64,000 nt of DNA from Candidatus Bathyarchaeota archaeon. GTDB lineage: Archaea > Thermoproteota > Bathyarchaeia > 40CM-2-53-6. Below, piece by piece: positions 30,242-40,261 of this stretch. The notes below the pieces were generated by a model. That model ran no database searches and was not told the DNA's origin. It saw only the letters and a program-made list of their open reading frames with translations. The position numbers were made by a program, and so were the translations under genes. Position 1 is the first letter of the stretch. Every line of letters starts with the position of its first letter. The DNA is taken from NCBI GenBank assembly GCA_963733055.1, contig CAVTBR010000001.1:1280001-1344000 (forward strand), given 5' to 3'.

Positions 30242-30916
30242 GTGCTTACCATGAGCCATGAATTTTTCACAGCACCCGAAATGTACCTAAAAACAATCTA
30301 CAACCTAGAAACCAAAACAGGAGCGGCACGGACTGGAGACATCGCCAAAGTACTCAAGATAACCCCAGGCAGCGTAACAAACACCCTAGAAGTTCTCGAA
30401 GGCAAAGGCCTAGTGGAAAGGGAACCATACAAGGGCGTCAAACTGACAGAAAACGGACGGAAAATGGCGCTGTCCGTATTCAGGCGTCATAGGCTTGCGG
30501 AGCGATTGCTCATCGACGTCCTGCATCTTGGTTGGACCGAGTCGCATGATGAAGCATGCAGGTTAGAGCATTCCATAAGCGAACAGCTCGCCAACTCAAT
30601 CCAAAAGACCCTTGGAGATCCACAAACCTGCCCTCACGGCAACCCAATCCCAGACGAAAGAGGAGCCATAGCTCCCATCAAGAGCGAAGCCCTCTCAAAT
30701 CTTCAAACCGGCCAAAACGCGGTAGTAGCACAGATTCCTGACGAAAGCAGTGAGCTGCTCCACTACCTCGCCACCTTGGGAATGTTCCCTGGCGTGAAGA
30801 TTTCAGTTGAAGAGAAGGCGCCATTTGAAGGACCGATGATGGTGAAAGTAGGAGACAACTCCTACCCACTCAGCCTAGACGTCGCCTCCGGAATCTTCGT
30901 GACTAGGGACAAGTAA
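30242..30916 (+). CDS. DtxR/MntR metal-dependent repressor with FeoA-like domain
   Basis: EMYLKTIY, RRHRLAERLL, HDEACRLEH, CPHGNPIP, C-terminal SH3-like domain. Confidence 0.93.
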   Translation: MLTMSHEFFTAPEMYLKTIYNLETKTGAARTGDIAKVLKITPGSVTNTLEVLEGKGLVEREPYKGVKLTENGRKMALSVFRRHRLAERLLIDVLHLGWTESHDEACRLEHSISEQLANSIQKTLGDPQTCPHGNPIPDERGAIAPIKSEALSNLQTGQNAVVAQIPDESSELLHYLATLGMFPGVKISVEEKAPFEGPMMVKVGDNSYPLSLDVASGIFVTRDK

Positions 30917-30923
30917 ACAAGGC

Positions 30924-31937
30924 TCACACCGAAGCCCCAACGCCGCCGAGGACTACCGACGACAGGCCAGTGTAAACCCTATCTCCCATCAAGCCTCCCC
31001 CCAAACTTCCCAAAACCAAAACAAAGACTGGAAACTGAAAGCCAAACGACCAAGGGAACAAGTAAAGTGTGAAAGGGTAGTAGGTCGCCCAGAAAAACAC
31101 GCCAAATACTAGAGATGAAAAGATCATCGTCCGCCGGAAGAGAACGATCGGAGCTAACACATAGAAGATCAACTCGAACAATGCGATCGGAAGAAGTCCC
31201 CAGGGTATGTACAAAGAAGATCCGACATAGACCACTAGAAGGAGATAGGTCACAGCATTGAAAGCAAGTCCGATGGCGATGCCTGACCCGAGATCCGGCA
31301 TTACTCTCTTCACGGGGATGAGGACGAATGTAGCGATAAACGCGAGCAAAAACGCCATCAACCAGTTCACAGGGAATGAGCGAAACGCTCCTCCGAGGTA
31401 AACGAAAGAGCCAGAAGCTGCAATCCATATCGCGGAGAAACTCAACAAAACGAACAGAGCGACCGTCCGTCGCCTTGCAGCCGACACAATTACCAAGCCA
31501 TGATTAACCATCCCATGCTCAATCACCAACCCAATCACCATGCCAAGGTTCACAGTCAACATCCCAACTATGAGGAGAGCATGCGCGGGAGCGATTCTAG
31601 GTTCGTTCAGGAAGACCCGATGAACAAGTTCATTCCAAATACCCGCTATGATCTCGATCAAGCAACCGAGCCCCGCGAGCTTCAGCCCTGCGACGTTCGC
31701 AAATCGGATCGGGTTGAGCGAAACGTAAGGTTGTTTCGAAGAGTATCGGAGACCTCGCCAAACTCCGATTATCGTTATCGCGATTGCCGCGTAGAGTGTC
31801 AGGTGTGCTGGGTTCCACCAAGGGTCCACGTTTCCAAACAGAATGTGCGAGAATACATCCCACCATCCCGCCAATACCTGAATAACTGCACCGAAACTCG
31901 CGATTAGATAGCTCGATTGACGAGATGCATAAGCCAA
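30924..31937 (-). CDS. Multi-pass membrane protein with PmoC/AmoC-like metal-ligand motifs
   Basis: WWDVFSHILFGNVDPWWNPAH and IWNELVHRVFLNEPRIAPAH in the N-terminal half, hydrophobic helices throughout. Confidence 0.7.
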   Translation of the reverse strand: MAYASRQSSYLIASFGAVIQVLAGWWDVFSHILFGNVDPWWNPAHLTLYAAIAITIIGVWRGLRYSSKQPYVSLNPIRFANVAGLKLAGLGCLIEIIAGIWNELVHRVFLNEPRIAPAHALLIVGMLTVNLGMVIGLVIEHGMVNHGLVIVSAARRRTVALFVLLSFSAIWIAASGSFVYLGGAFRSFPVNWLMAFLLAFIATFVLIPVKRVMPDLGSGIAIGLAFNAVTYLLLVVYVGSSLYIPWGLLPIALFELIFYVLAPIVLFRRTMIFSSLVFGVFFWATYYPFTLYLFPWSFGFQFPVFVLVLGSLGGGLMGDRVYTGLSSVVLGGVGASV

Positions 31938-31954
31938 CTCATCCTATCCTCGCA

Positions 31955-32416
31955 TTAGAGGAGCCGTAGATCCTCCTTAACGGTGGTCAGAACCACGTGT
32001 GTGTTGCTTCGGTCGACAAACGGCATGCTGAGGAGACTCTTAGTGAACTTGCTCAATTCCTCGCGACTCCGGAATTTTGCGAGGACAACGGCGTCAGTTA
32101 AACCAGTTACGTCGTACACGGCGCAAGTGTTCGGTAGTTTTCCGATCGCTTCCTCCATTTCGAGCAACTTACCTTTAGAAACCGTGATCTCTGCTAGAAC
32201 AGTCAATTGGTAACCAAGCTTATCGTGATCGAGAACAGCCGAGTAACCTTTGATTACGCCCGACTTCTCGAGCCTACGAATTCGCGTTAAGACGGTTCCT
32301 ACCGAAACCCCTGATCTGCGTGCTATGGATCGGTAAGATCGCCTGCAGTCACGAAGAAGTTCATTCAGTATCTTCCTGTCAACCTCATCTATGTCCAAAC
32401 GTCCAATTGCTGGCAA
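31955..32416 (-). CDS. Lrp/AsnC family transcriptional regulator
   Basis: IDEVDRKILNELLRDCRRSYRSIA...RIRRLEKSGVIKGY, YDVTGLTD. Probable TTG start. Confidence 0.93.
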   Translation of the reverse strand: MPAIGRLDIDEVDRKILNELLRDCRRSYRSIARRSGVSVGTVLTRIRRLEKSGVIKGYSAVLDHDKLGYQLTVLAEITVSKGKLLEMEEAIGKLPNTCAVYDVTGLTDAVVLAKFRSREELSKFTKSLLSMPFVDRSNTHVVLTTVKEDLRLL

Positions 32417-32515
32417 GATTGAGCCTCCTTTCTGAACATTCATCCACAAATATAAGGTTAGAAGATACGAACGTCTAGTAAATTCCACAGAATAGTTATA
32501 TTCGTTCAGGCGCGT

Positions 32516-34048
32516 TTGTGCGGTTTCGTTACAGATGGCGGGGATGGAGCGCTCAGTTTGTTAGATGACCCCGAAACAACCCGCCAAAATAGTACCATTG
32601 ACCCGGCCCGTAGCACCGCCTATCAACGGTACAAGATCGTCACCAAACCTACTCCGCCCCGAAAAAAACTGCCCCCACCATTCGATCCACGAGTAAACAA
32701 GATAGGGCTTGCGAGAATCATCTTGAAGGAAGCATTCACGTATGGATTGAAGCTGCGTGAGAAAGAGTACAGGCAGGCTCTTGTGAGTAGGCCATGCATT
32801 TACGGAACATTCAGCGGCCCGCTCGGCGGATTCCATCCCATTAAGGAAAAATGTACTGGGTGCATGCGATGCGTACAAGAGTATCCCAGCGTTTGCACGG
32901 TCGGCCGTAACCCCGAATTCTACCGGTTCGCTGACTCTTACTGGGCTTCGGAGGGCGCTGCAACAACCAGCGGTTCACCAGTCGCCACGGTTCTGTATGA
33001 GGCCGAGACTGGGAAGATACCGATCAAGGGGATGGGATACAAGGGGCCATTCTCCGGTCCAGGTTGGGATTCGATCTGGACTGATATGTCTGAAATTGTC
33101 AGGCCAACTAGGGATGGGGTCTATGGTCGAGAATTCATCTCAACACTAGTAGATGTCGGCAGCAAGAGGAAGTCCATCCAATTCAACAATAAAGATAACC
33201 CCTTTTCCAAAACCATTGAAGTATCTTTACCGATAATTTTCGACTATCTACCCCCCAACCTCAACAGTCAGACAATACTGGAATCAATCGCAGGCGCGTC
33301 CGTTCGAACCGGCACGATCTACATAGCAACACCGGCTCAGGCAAACCAACTCCGCGCAACCGATAGCGACCAATTGGCCCCACTAATTTCCTGTGATGAG
33401 GTGGCCGATTCACCGGTGCTCCGTGATGCGCGCCTGATTGAACTCGCAAGTTACGACGTCTCAATCGTTGAGAAGGTTCGGAGCTTTAATCCCAACGCCC
33501 CAATCTCAGTTCGCTTGCCACTAACTGTTAACTCTGCCAAAACGGCAGCCGATCTGGTTCGAAATGGGATCGATATCATACATCTCGTAGCCAACTACCA
33601 CGGACAATCATGGGACAAAGTTGAACCGTCGCATGTTAAGGACATGATTCGGAAAATCCATACCACACTCGTAACTGAATCACTCAGAGACGATGTCACG
33701 CTTATCGCGAGTGGGGGAATCACTAGAGCTGAGCATGTGCCGAAAGCAATAATCTGCGGGGCCGACCTTGTTGCCATCGATACAACAGTTCTCGTAGCGT
33801 TGCAGTCAACATTTCTAGGCGAATGCGTCTCGGCTGAATCAGGGCGCATCTCTCCGGAGAAGTTTGATTTGAAGTGGGGTGAGCAGCGGCTCGTCAACTT
33901 GCTTTCTTCGTGGCACGATCAACTCATCGAAATACTCAGCGCTATGGGAATACGTGATGTGAGAAGGCTCCGTGGGGACGTCGGTAGGGCCATGTTCAAC
34001 GAGGAACTTGAGAAGGAGGCGTTCGGAGATATCACTCGCAGAAACTGA
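32516..34048 (+). CDS. Glutamate synthase-related subunit: ferredoxin-like N-terminus plus degenerate FMN barrel
   Basis: CTGCMRCVQEYP, GWDSIWTDMSEIVRPTRDG, LIASGGI...KAIICGAD, LSAMGIRDVRRLRG. Confidence 0.82.
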   Translation: MCGFVTDGGDGALSLLDDPETTRQNSTIDPARSTAYQRYKIVTKPTPPRKKLPPPFDPRVNKIGLARIILKEAFTYGLKLREKEYRQALVSRPCIYGTFSGPLGGFHPIKEKCTGCMRCVQEYPSVCTVGRNPEFYRFADSYWASEGAATTSGSPVATVLYEAETGKIPIKGMGYKGPFSGPGWDSIWTDMSEIVRPTRDGVYGREFISTLVDVGSKRKSIQFNNKDNPFSKTIEVSLPIIFDYLPPNLNSQTILESIAGASVRTGTIYIATPAQANQLRATDSDQLAPLISCDEVADSPVLRDARLIELASYDVSIVEKVRSFNPNAPISVRLPLTVNSAKTAADLVRNGIDIIHLVANYHGQSWDKVEPSHVKDMIRKIHTTLVTESLRDDVTLIASGGITRAEHVPKAIICGADLVAIDTTVLVALQSTFLGECVSAESGRISPEKFDLKWGEQRLVNLLSSWHDQLIEILSAMGIRDVRRLRGDVGRAMFNEELEKEAFGDITRRN

Positions 34049-35309
34049 ATCCATCGAGAAACACAGGAAACTAATCCACCAAGGCCTGCAACTTCTACCC
34101 ACCCTCAAATATGGCATGCCTGGAGGCTTCGGTAACAAACGTTGGACACCTGAACTACTCTTCGCAACTTACGAACAGGCCACAACGGGGAAACCGCCGC
34201 AATCCATTGAGTATAAAGTAGGGGACTCGGGAGGCGGGTTCGACCGGCTCGACTTCAAGAACATTCATCCCAACACCCGCCTCCCTGATGAGGAAGTCGA
34301 TCTCTCGATTGACTTGAACCGCCGAAGTCACGGCCCAAAGATTTCCATCCCTATCCCGATCTACGGGGCTGGGATGTCTTTCGGTTCCATCAGCCTCAGC
34401 TTCATGCTCTCTCGAGCCCTGGCAGCGAAACGACTTGGAACCTTCACCTCAACCGGTGAGGGGGGCTATCCTCCTCCACTCTTGGAGTACAAAGATAACG
34501 TGATCACGCAGGTCGCGACCGGGATGTTCGGTGTACGTGAGGATACGATTCAGGCCGCGAGGATTGTTGAGTTCAAGTATGCTCAGGGGGCGAAACCTGG
34601 GCTGGGCGGGCACCTGCTCGCTGACAAAGTGACCTCCGAAGTGGCGAATATGAGGGAATCCTTGCCCTTCACCTCACTCTACTCCCCGTTCCCCTTCCAC
34701 AGCGTCTACTCTGTTGAGGACCATAGGAAGCACGTGGATTGGATACGCGCCGTAAACCCAGGCTGCTTAGTCTCAGTCAAAGTCTCGACCCCGGTCGACG
34801 TCGACATGGTTGCAATCGGGAGTTACTACGCAGACGCGAACATTCTACACGTAGACGGTGGATATGGGGGCACCGGGGCGGCGCCCGAGATCGCTAAGAA
34901 GAACATTGCGATGCCAATCGAATATGCAATCCCGAAAGTTCACCGCTACCTGGTCGGCGAAGGGGTTAGGGATGAAATTGTGGTGATGGCGAGCGGAGGA
35001 ATACGAACCGCCTACGATGTTGCAAAGGCCATCGCACTTGGGGCCGATGGCTGCGTCATCGGATCTGCTGAGGCGGTAGCTGTGGGTTGTACTCAATGCG
35101 GAAACTGCGAACACGGCAGAGGTTGCCAAGTTGGAATCACTACCACCGACCCTGAACTCAGCCAACTCATAACCGTCGAATGGGGCGCACAAAGAATCAT
35201 CAACATGTACTCCTCCTGGGCTAAGCAATGGCGGACGATTCTCGCAAACCTCGGACTGCGTTCAATCAAAGAGCTCAGGGGACGAACAGACCTCCTGGTC
35301 TACGGGTGA
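33972..35309 (+). CDS. Glutamate synthase FMN-binding subunit (GltB2-type), start uncertain
   Basis: GAGMSFGS, STGEGG, QVATGMFG, KYAQGAKPGLGGHL, DGGYGGTGAAP, GCTQCGNCEHGRGCQVG. Confidence 0.92.
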   Translation: MGTSVGPCSTRNLRRRRSEISLAETESIEKHRKLIHQGLQLLPTLKYGMPGGFGNKRWTPELLFATYEQATTGKPPQSIEYKVGDSGGGFDRLDFKNIHPNTRLPDEEVDLSIDLNRRSHGPKISIPIPIYGAGMSFGSISLSFMLSRALAAKRLGTFTSTGEGGYPPPLLEYKDNVITQVATGMFGVREDTIQAARIVEFKYAQGAKPGLGGHLLADKVTSEVANMRESLPFTSLYSPFPFHSVYSVEDHRKHVDWIRAVNPGCLVSVKVSTPVDVDMVAIGSYYADANILHVDGGYGGTGAAPEIAKKNIAMPIEYAIPKVHRYLVGEGVRDEIVVMASGGIRTAYDVAKAIALGADGCVIGSAEAVAVGCTQCGNCEHGRGCQVGITTTDPELSQLITVEWGAQRIINMYSSWAKQWRTILANLGLRSIKELRGRTDLLVYG

Positions 35310-37840
35310 CACGTATGGACATGGCATCAAGAATCGTAGCTTCCAGAAAACACATGGTAGAAGGCCTAACCCTTGCCCGCAAGTTGGAGGCGGAGGGAGG
35401 TTGCGGCGTCGTCGGCGCTGCCTGCTCCGTTCCAATCGCTGGAAAACATTTCCTCACTTCGCTTCTACAAATGAAGAATCGTGGTAACGGTAAGGGTGGA
35501 GGAATAGCGGTACTCGGGCTTTCCCCCGAACGACTCGGAGTCTCCAAGGAAATTCTGCAACAAGATTACCTAATCCAGATTGCTTACCTAGACGAGTCAG
35601 CGAGCAAAGCAGTAGAAGAGGATTTCATCTACCCGAACCTGAATGTGGACTCAGCCGAGTGGGTTGAAACGGTTGAGGATTATAGGACGATTCCGCGGTT
35701 AGAGGTCAAGCCACCGGAAGTGCGCCGATATTTCTGCAGAGTTAAGGAAGATGTTCTTGGGCGCTTCATGCAGAGTTCCGGAATAACCAACCGAACCGTG
35801 GCCGAAGATGAGTTCATCTATCAAAACAGTTACGCTCTAAACAAAAAGTACTACGCTTCCCTTGGCGAAAAGAAGGCGTTCGTTCTTTCACATGGAAAGG
35901 ACATGATGGTGCTGAAGATCGTCGGTTGGGGGGACCAAGTCATACGCTACTATAAGTTGGAAGATTTCGAAGCCCTCGTCTGGATAGGGCATCACCGTTA
36001 CCCCACGAAGGGAAAGGTGTGGCATCCGGGGGGCGCACACCCATTCGTTGGGTTGCACGAGGCGTTGGTTCACAACGGAGATTTCTCAAACTATCACTCA
36101 ATCACCGAATACCTAGCACAACGAAACATCTACCCCCTCTTCCTAACCGACACGGAAGTAGCCGTCTACCTGTTCGACCTCTGGAGCCGAGTCTACGGGT
36201 ACCCGATGGAATATTTGATCGAGGCTATGGCGCCAACGACCGAGCGAGACTTCTACATGCTGCCCGAAGAGAAGAGGCGAATTTATCGTGAAATACAAAC
36301 AACCCACATTCACGGATCCCCTGACGGGCCGTGGTTTTTCATCGTCGGCAGAAGCGAAAACGGAGGTGAACAGCTTCACCTACTGGGCATAACTGACACG
36401 TCAATGTTGCGGCCTCAAGTATTTGCTCTCCAAGACGGTGAGGTGAAGGTTGGGTTGATAGCTTCTGAGCGTCAAGCAATCGACGCTTGCCTAGGGAGCT
36501 TGGCCGCAGAAGATTCTAGGTTCGCGGGTAAGGCGGATCTCTACTGGAACGCGCGCGGCGGCAGCTACACTGACGGTGGCGCTTTTCGTTTTACCGTAGA
36601 CCGTACTTCGGGGAGCCCGCAGGTCAAGTGTCTCGACAAGTTTGGCCGAGAAGTGTCGATTACAAGAGATTCCGATGGCAACTTTCTGGATCGCGTCAAA
36701 GCGTTGACGCCGCAGATTCTCTCAGAAAAATTCAGTTCAGATGAACTGACCACGGGTTCACTGGAGAGTTTGCTAGAGAACTTGGAAGAGAAGGCGAGCA
36801 GGAGCGATGTTGACAGAGTTCATTCATTTCAGTATTTGACTTGGTTGCTCGACAACTTGCACCGGATTCCAGATGGCCAGCAGGGATGGATCAAGGCGAA
36901 GATTGAGTCGAGTTTGTTTTCCGTTCTTCGCGGCTTCCATCCGCTTTCGGCCGCGAATCGTTCAGGCTGGGTATTAACAGATTACGCGACGAAAGCTGAA
37001 CTTAGAGCGCCCAAGTCTGGAGAGGAGGTTTTGGCGTTGGATGTTTCGGGTTTCGCAGCAGAAGGCGATGACTCGGCGTCCTCCGCTGTTGTTGCGTCCT
37101 ACAAGTTGGGTTGGAAACACGTCGTTTCCTTCGATTGGCGTGGGCAACGGTTTTGCGGAGCGGGGTTGGGTGCGCAGAGCGAAGGTTTCAGATTGGACGT
37201 GCTCGGAAACCCCGGCGACTACTTGGGATCGGGGCTGGATGGAGCGGAAATCTACGTTCACTCAGCCGCCCAGGACCAAGTCGCGCAGATAATGAAGAGC
37301 GGAAAGCTTGTGATATACGGAGACGTGGGACAGACGTTCATGTACGCGGCGAAAGGCGGCGAGGTTTATGTGCTTGGGAATGCCGCGGGTCGGCCGCTCA
37401 TCAACGCCGTAGGTCGACCACGAGTCGTTATCAACGGTACCTGCCTAGACTACCTAGCCGAATCCTTCATGGCTGGTGATCCCTTGAATGGGGGAGGATT
37501 CGTTGTAGTCAACGGAATAGGGTTTGATGGTGGTCGGATCCGCCCTCTTGAGGCGCCATATCCAGGGGGGAACCTCTTCTCCCTAGCATCTGGAGGCGCG
37601 GTCTACATTCGCGATCCAGCGGCTAAGGTGGGGGTTGATCAACTCAACGGAGGGCAGCTGGGGAGATTGAACCAAGAGGATTGGCAACTAATCCTCCCCT
37701 ACCTTCTCGACAATCAAGAACTGTTCGGAGTTAACGTCGACGACCTGCTAAGCATTGATTCAGAGCCTAACGCTCCCGAGCGGGTGTACCGAAAAATCGA
37801 AGCTATTCCCCTGAAAACTCTCTCAACCGCGCATGGCTGA
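35306..37840 (+). CDS. Glutamate synthase amidotransferase plus GXGXG-domain subunit
   Basis: EAEGGCGVVG (Ntn cysteine), HHRYPT, GGAHPF, VHNGD, TDTE, GXGXG repeats. GTGA overlap with the upstream stop. Confidence 0.9.
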   Translation: MTRMDMASRIVASRKHMVEGLTLARKLEAEGGCGVVGAACSVPIAGKHFLTSLLQMKNRGNGKGGGIAVLGLSPERLGVSKEILQQDYLIQIAYLDESASKAVEEDFIYPNLNVDSAEWVETVEDYRTIPRLEVKPPEVRRYFCRVKEDVLGRFMQSSGITNRTVAEDEFIYQNSYALNKKYYASLGEKKAFVLSHGKDMMVLKIVGWGDQVIRYYKLEDFEALVWIGHHRYPTKGKVWHPGGAHPFVGLHEALVHNGDFSNYHSITEYLAQRNIYPLFLTDTEVAVYLFDLWSRVYGYPMEYLIEAMAPTTERDFYMLPEEKRRIYREIQTTHIHGSPDGPWFFIVGRSENGGEQLHLLGITDTSMLRPQVFALQDGEVKVGLIASERQAIDACLGSLAAEDSRFAGKADLYWNARGGSYTDGGAFRFTVDRTSGSPQVKCLDKFGREVSITRDSDGNFLDRVKALTPQILSEKFSSDELTTGSLESLLENLEEKASRSDVDRVHSFQYLTWLLDNLHRIPDGQQGWIKAKIESSLFSVLRGFHPLSAANRSGWVLTDYATKAELRAPKSGEEVLALDVSGFAAEGDDSASSAVVASYKLGWKHVVSFDWRGQRFCGAGLGAQSEGFRLDVLGNPGDYLGSGLDGAEIYVHSAAQDQVAQIMKSGKLVIYGDVGQTFMYAAKGGEVYVLGNAAGRPLINAVGRPRVVINGTCLDYLAESFMAGDPLNGGGFVVVNGIGFDGGRIRPLEAPYPGGNLFSLASGGAVYIRDPAAKVGVDQLNGGQLGRLNQEDWQLILPYLLDNQELFGVNVDDLLSIDSEPNAPERVYRKIEAIPLKTLSTAHG

Positions 37841-37934
37841 AGGATCTGCTCCGATGGAGCGGTGATAACGTTGCGAAGAAAGGTTCGGTAAATAGAAGAA
37901 AAAAGGATGATGTGGCGGTGTATTGGTACTTTGG

Positions 37935-38192
37935 TTACTTTGCTACTGCGGGTACTGCGGGTACGGGTGCTATGTCTTTGCCACATTTATCACAGAAGGT
38001 CGCGTAGCCTGGGACTTGTGTCTTGCAGTTTGGACATGCCTTTAGTCGGAGCTGTTTGGATCGGATATACTGGTGCATACTCTTAGTGAGTTCGGTGTAG
38101 CTCAGTAGAGCTCCTTTTGGTTGACCGGTGAGCAACGAGAGCGTGTCGTCTGCCATAATCGACTTCTGTGTAAGCATACTCTCTCTAGCCAT
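37935..38192 (-). CDS. SWIB/MDM2-like domain fused to zinc ribbon
   Basis: GGAGGTGA RBS before ATG 38192, LSLLTG...LSYTELTKSMHQYIRSKQL, CPNC...FCDKCG. Confidence 0.7.
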   Translation of the reverse strand: MARESMLTQKSIMADDTLSLLTGQPKGALLSYTELTKSMHQYIRSKQLRLKACPNCKTQVPGYATFCDKCGKDIAPVPAVPAVAK

Positions 38193-38618
38193 CAAATCAC
38201 CTCCACGCAATCAAGCGACCTTTAATGCGGAGCCAACACGGTCTTCGTGTAACGGCTTCGTTACCCTCACCCGCTCTGGAGCCAATTTTTCGATTGGACA
38301 CTAGCACATGCCCAGCTTGCGGGCAGAGTAACCCTGAATTTCACATGTTTGAGAGCTCATTAGCGGCTTAGAGAAGCGTATTTCGGCTTAAATCGAGCCG
38401 GATACGGGGCGAAACCCTCGGACCATATAAGACGGGGAACGCCTGAGAGAGGGTTTCAACCCTAGTTTTCAGATAGGGCGGCTTATACTTGAGAAGCCTC
38501 AAAATGAGGCGATACGGCTAACGGATCGGTCCTCAAGATTCCAGTCTCATGGAAAGCAGACGATGAGCCCAGAGCATTGCTCAGGCTCTTGATGTTAGCG
38601 TTCAGTCGAATGTTATCG

Positions 38619-39632
38619 TTAGGCTTCGTGTTCTCGTCTGCGTCTGATTACCCCGTACCCGATGAGCATCAGGATTGCGAGTATTGGTAATCCAAGCGGA
38701 TACTCAGGGATTGGAGGAGGAGTTGCGACTGGTATGAGTGGTACAGCAACCAACGACCACGAGCTGGACGAAGGCTCCTGTGTTACGAGGGACCAAGACA
38801 TGGTTACCGATGAGCCGGAAGCGGGCTGGTCGCTACCACCACCTGCAAAGGTCTCGCCGGAGGCGTCATTCAGCGAACCTGCGTTCCAGTGCTGCGTTTG
38901 CCCTGATCCGCTCGCCGTAACCGTAGTAGGTGGTGAAGCGGAACCCGTACAATCACAAAAAGCGACTGTATCCACAACGACATCATTCGGACTAGTGGCC
39001 ACAGATTCCGAGGCCGATAGTCCCGTGAAGAAGGTTTGACCATCGCTGCCGACCGGTGTTCCCGTGCTAGCCACGTTAGAGTAAGATACAGAGCCGGCAA
39101 CGGCAAACAGAAGTACATTTGGATAGGTACCGCCACCGAACGTTACCGTGATCGTCGCAGTTCCGGTTGGAGGGTTTTGAAGCGCCCACAACTCCGCGTG
39201 GACGTCGTTGGTGGGCTGTACATGCGTTGCCCCCGGGATAAGGGTCAATGAAAGACATGACGGGCCGGGACAAGGGGTGCCATATGTGACGCTGGCCACG
39301 CTCGCGGGTCCAACGTAGAAAACGTACGAGATGCCGACGAGGAGAATCCTATTACTCCCGGGCCCAACCGTGTGAAACCATGTAAGCTTCGTGGGAGAAG
39401 ATAGCTCACATGAAGGGTAAGCGCAGCTTGTGCTGGCTGAATGATCAAAGATGATTGGCGAAGTCGCCCTGACGGGTGCGGGCGGAAGCAGATAGAGTAA
39501 AGCTATGCTCATGATGAGTAGAGCGAGAACAACGCCTCGGCGACCCGCAGTTCGCAAAACACCATCAACCAAATTACACCGGTGCCCATCTCTATATAAA
39601 ACAGCAGCTAAACAGCGCATAATGAACGGCAA
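38619..39632 (-). CDS. Secreted surface protein with PEF-like (IPEYP) sorting tail
   Basis: Hydrophobic leader, S/T/G-rich beta domain, IPEYP + TM + RRRR. True start likely downstream of 39632. Confidence 0.75.
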   Translation of the reverse strand: MPFIMRCLAAVLYRDGHRCNLVDGVLRTAGRRGVVLALLIMSIALLYLLPPAPVRATSPIIFDHSASTSCAYPSCELSSPTKLTWFHTVGPGSNRILLVGISYVFYVGPASVASVTYGTPCPGPSCLSLTLIPGATHVQPTNDVHAELWALQNPPTGTATITVTFGGGTYPNVLLFAVAGSVSYSNVASTGTPVGSDGQTFFTGLSASESVATSPNDVVVDTVAFCDCTGSASPPTTVTASGSGQTQHWNAGSLNDASGETFAGGGSDQPASGSSVTMSWSLVTQEPSSSSWSLVAVPLIPVATPPPIPEYPLGLPILAILMLIGYGVIRRRREHEA

Positions 39633-39874
39633 CCATTCCTACAACTAACCTAACCCACTCGCGTCCTCGCAAATCGAACATCGTCCCGTCGCATTGTGCC
39701 ATCCCAGAGTGAACTAATGAGTTCGACCGTTATTGTGCGGGTATCTCTTGGTTCGACCATTTTAGTTCGCGCACAGACACATGAAATGACGAAGCGGAGA
39801 GAAAGCAACACTATCTCAAAAGTACCTTCATGAACTTGAGGATTGTTGAACGAGTCTGGCGCTACCATCTTCAG

Positions 39875-40030
39875 TTAGGCTGTTTGTTGTCCGAGTTGTG
39901 TTGCGAAGTAGGCGATGAGGCATAGGTAGAGGGCGAGTTCGAGGGAGTCGGGGAGTAAGTAACTGAACGGTCTAACGTTCTCAATTAGCCAATCAAATGC
40001 CGCACGGAGAATGTGCTGGAGATTTGGCAT
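39875..40030 (-). CDS. Possible 51-aa membrane peptide
   Basis: MPNLQHILRAAFDWLIENVRPFSYLLPDSLELALYLCLIAYFATQLGQQTA, with GGATGG upstream. Confidence 0.3.
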   Translation of the reverse strand: MPNLQHILRAAFDWLIENVRPFSYLLPDSLELALYLCLIAYFATQLGQQTA

Positions 40031-40261
40031 TCAGCTTCGACCATCCTTCCCGTTTCGTATTGTGGAAATAATGGTTTGAGGATGATTCATCCACTTCCAC
40101 CTTTACCACCTCTCTTATCCTTCTATCCATCAAGCCGTCCATGGCGACCGCGTCCGGCAGCTTGCCACTGTAGATTTTGATCCACTCAACTGAAATGATT
40201 CAGTCTCCGAAACTGCTAAAGGGTATATGTTCAAGTGGGCGGGTACGTGCAGGTTTGGAAA

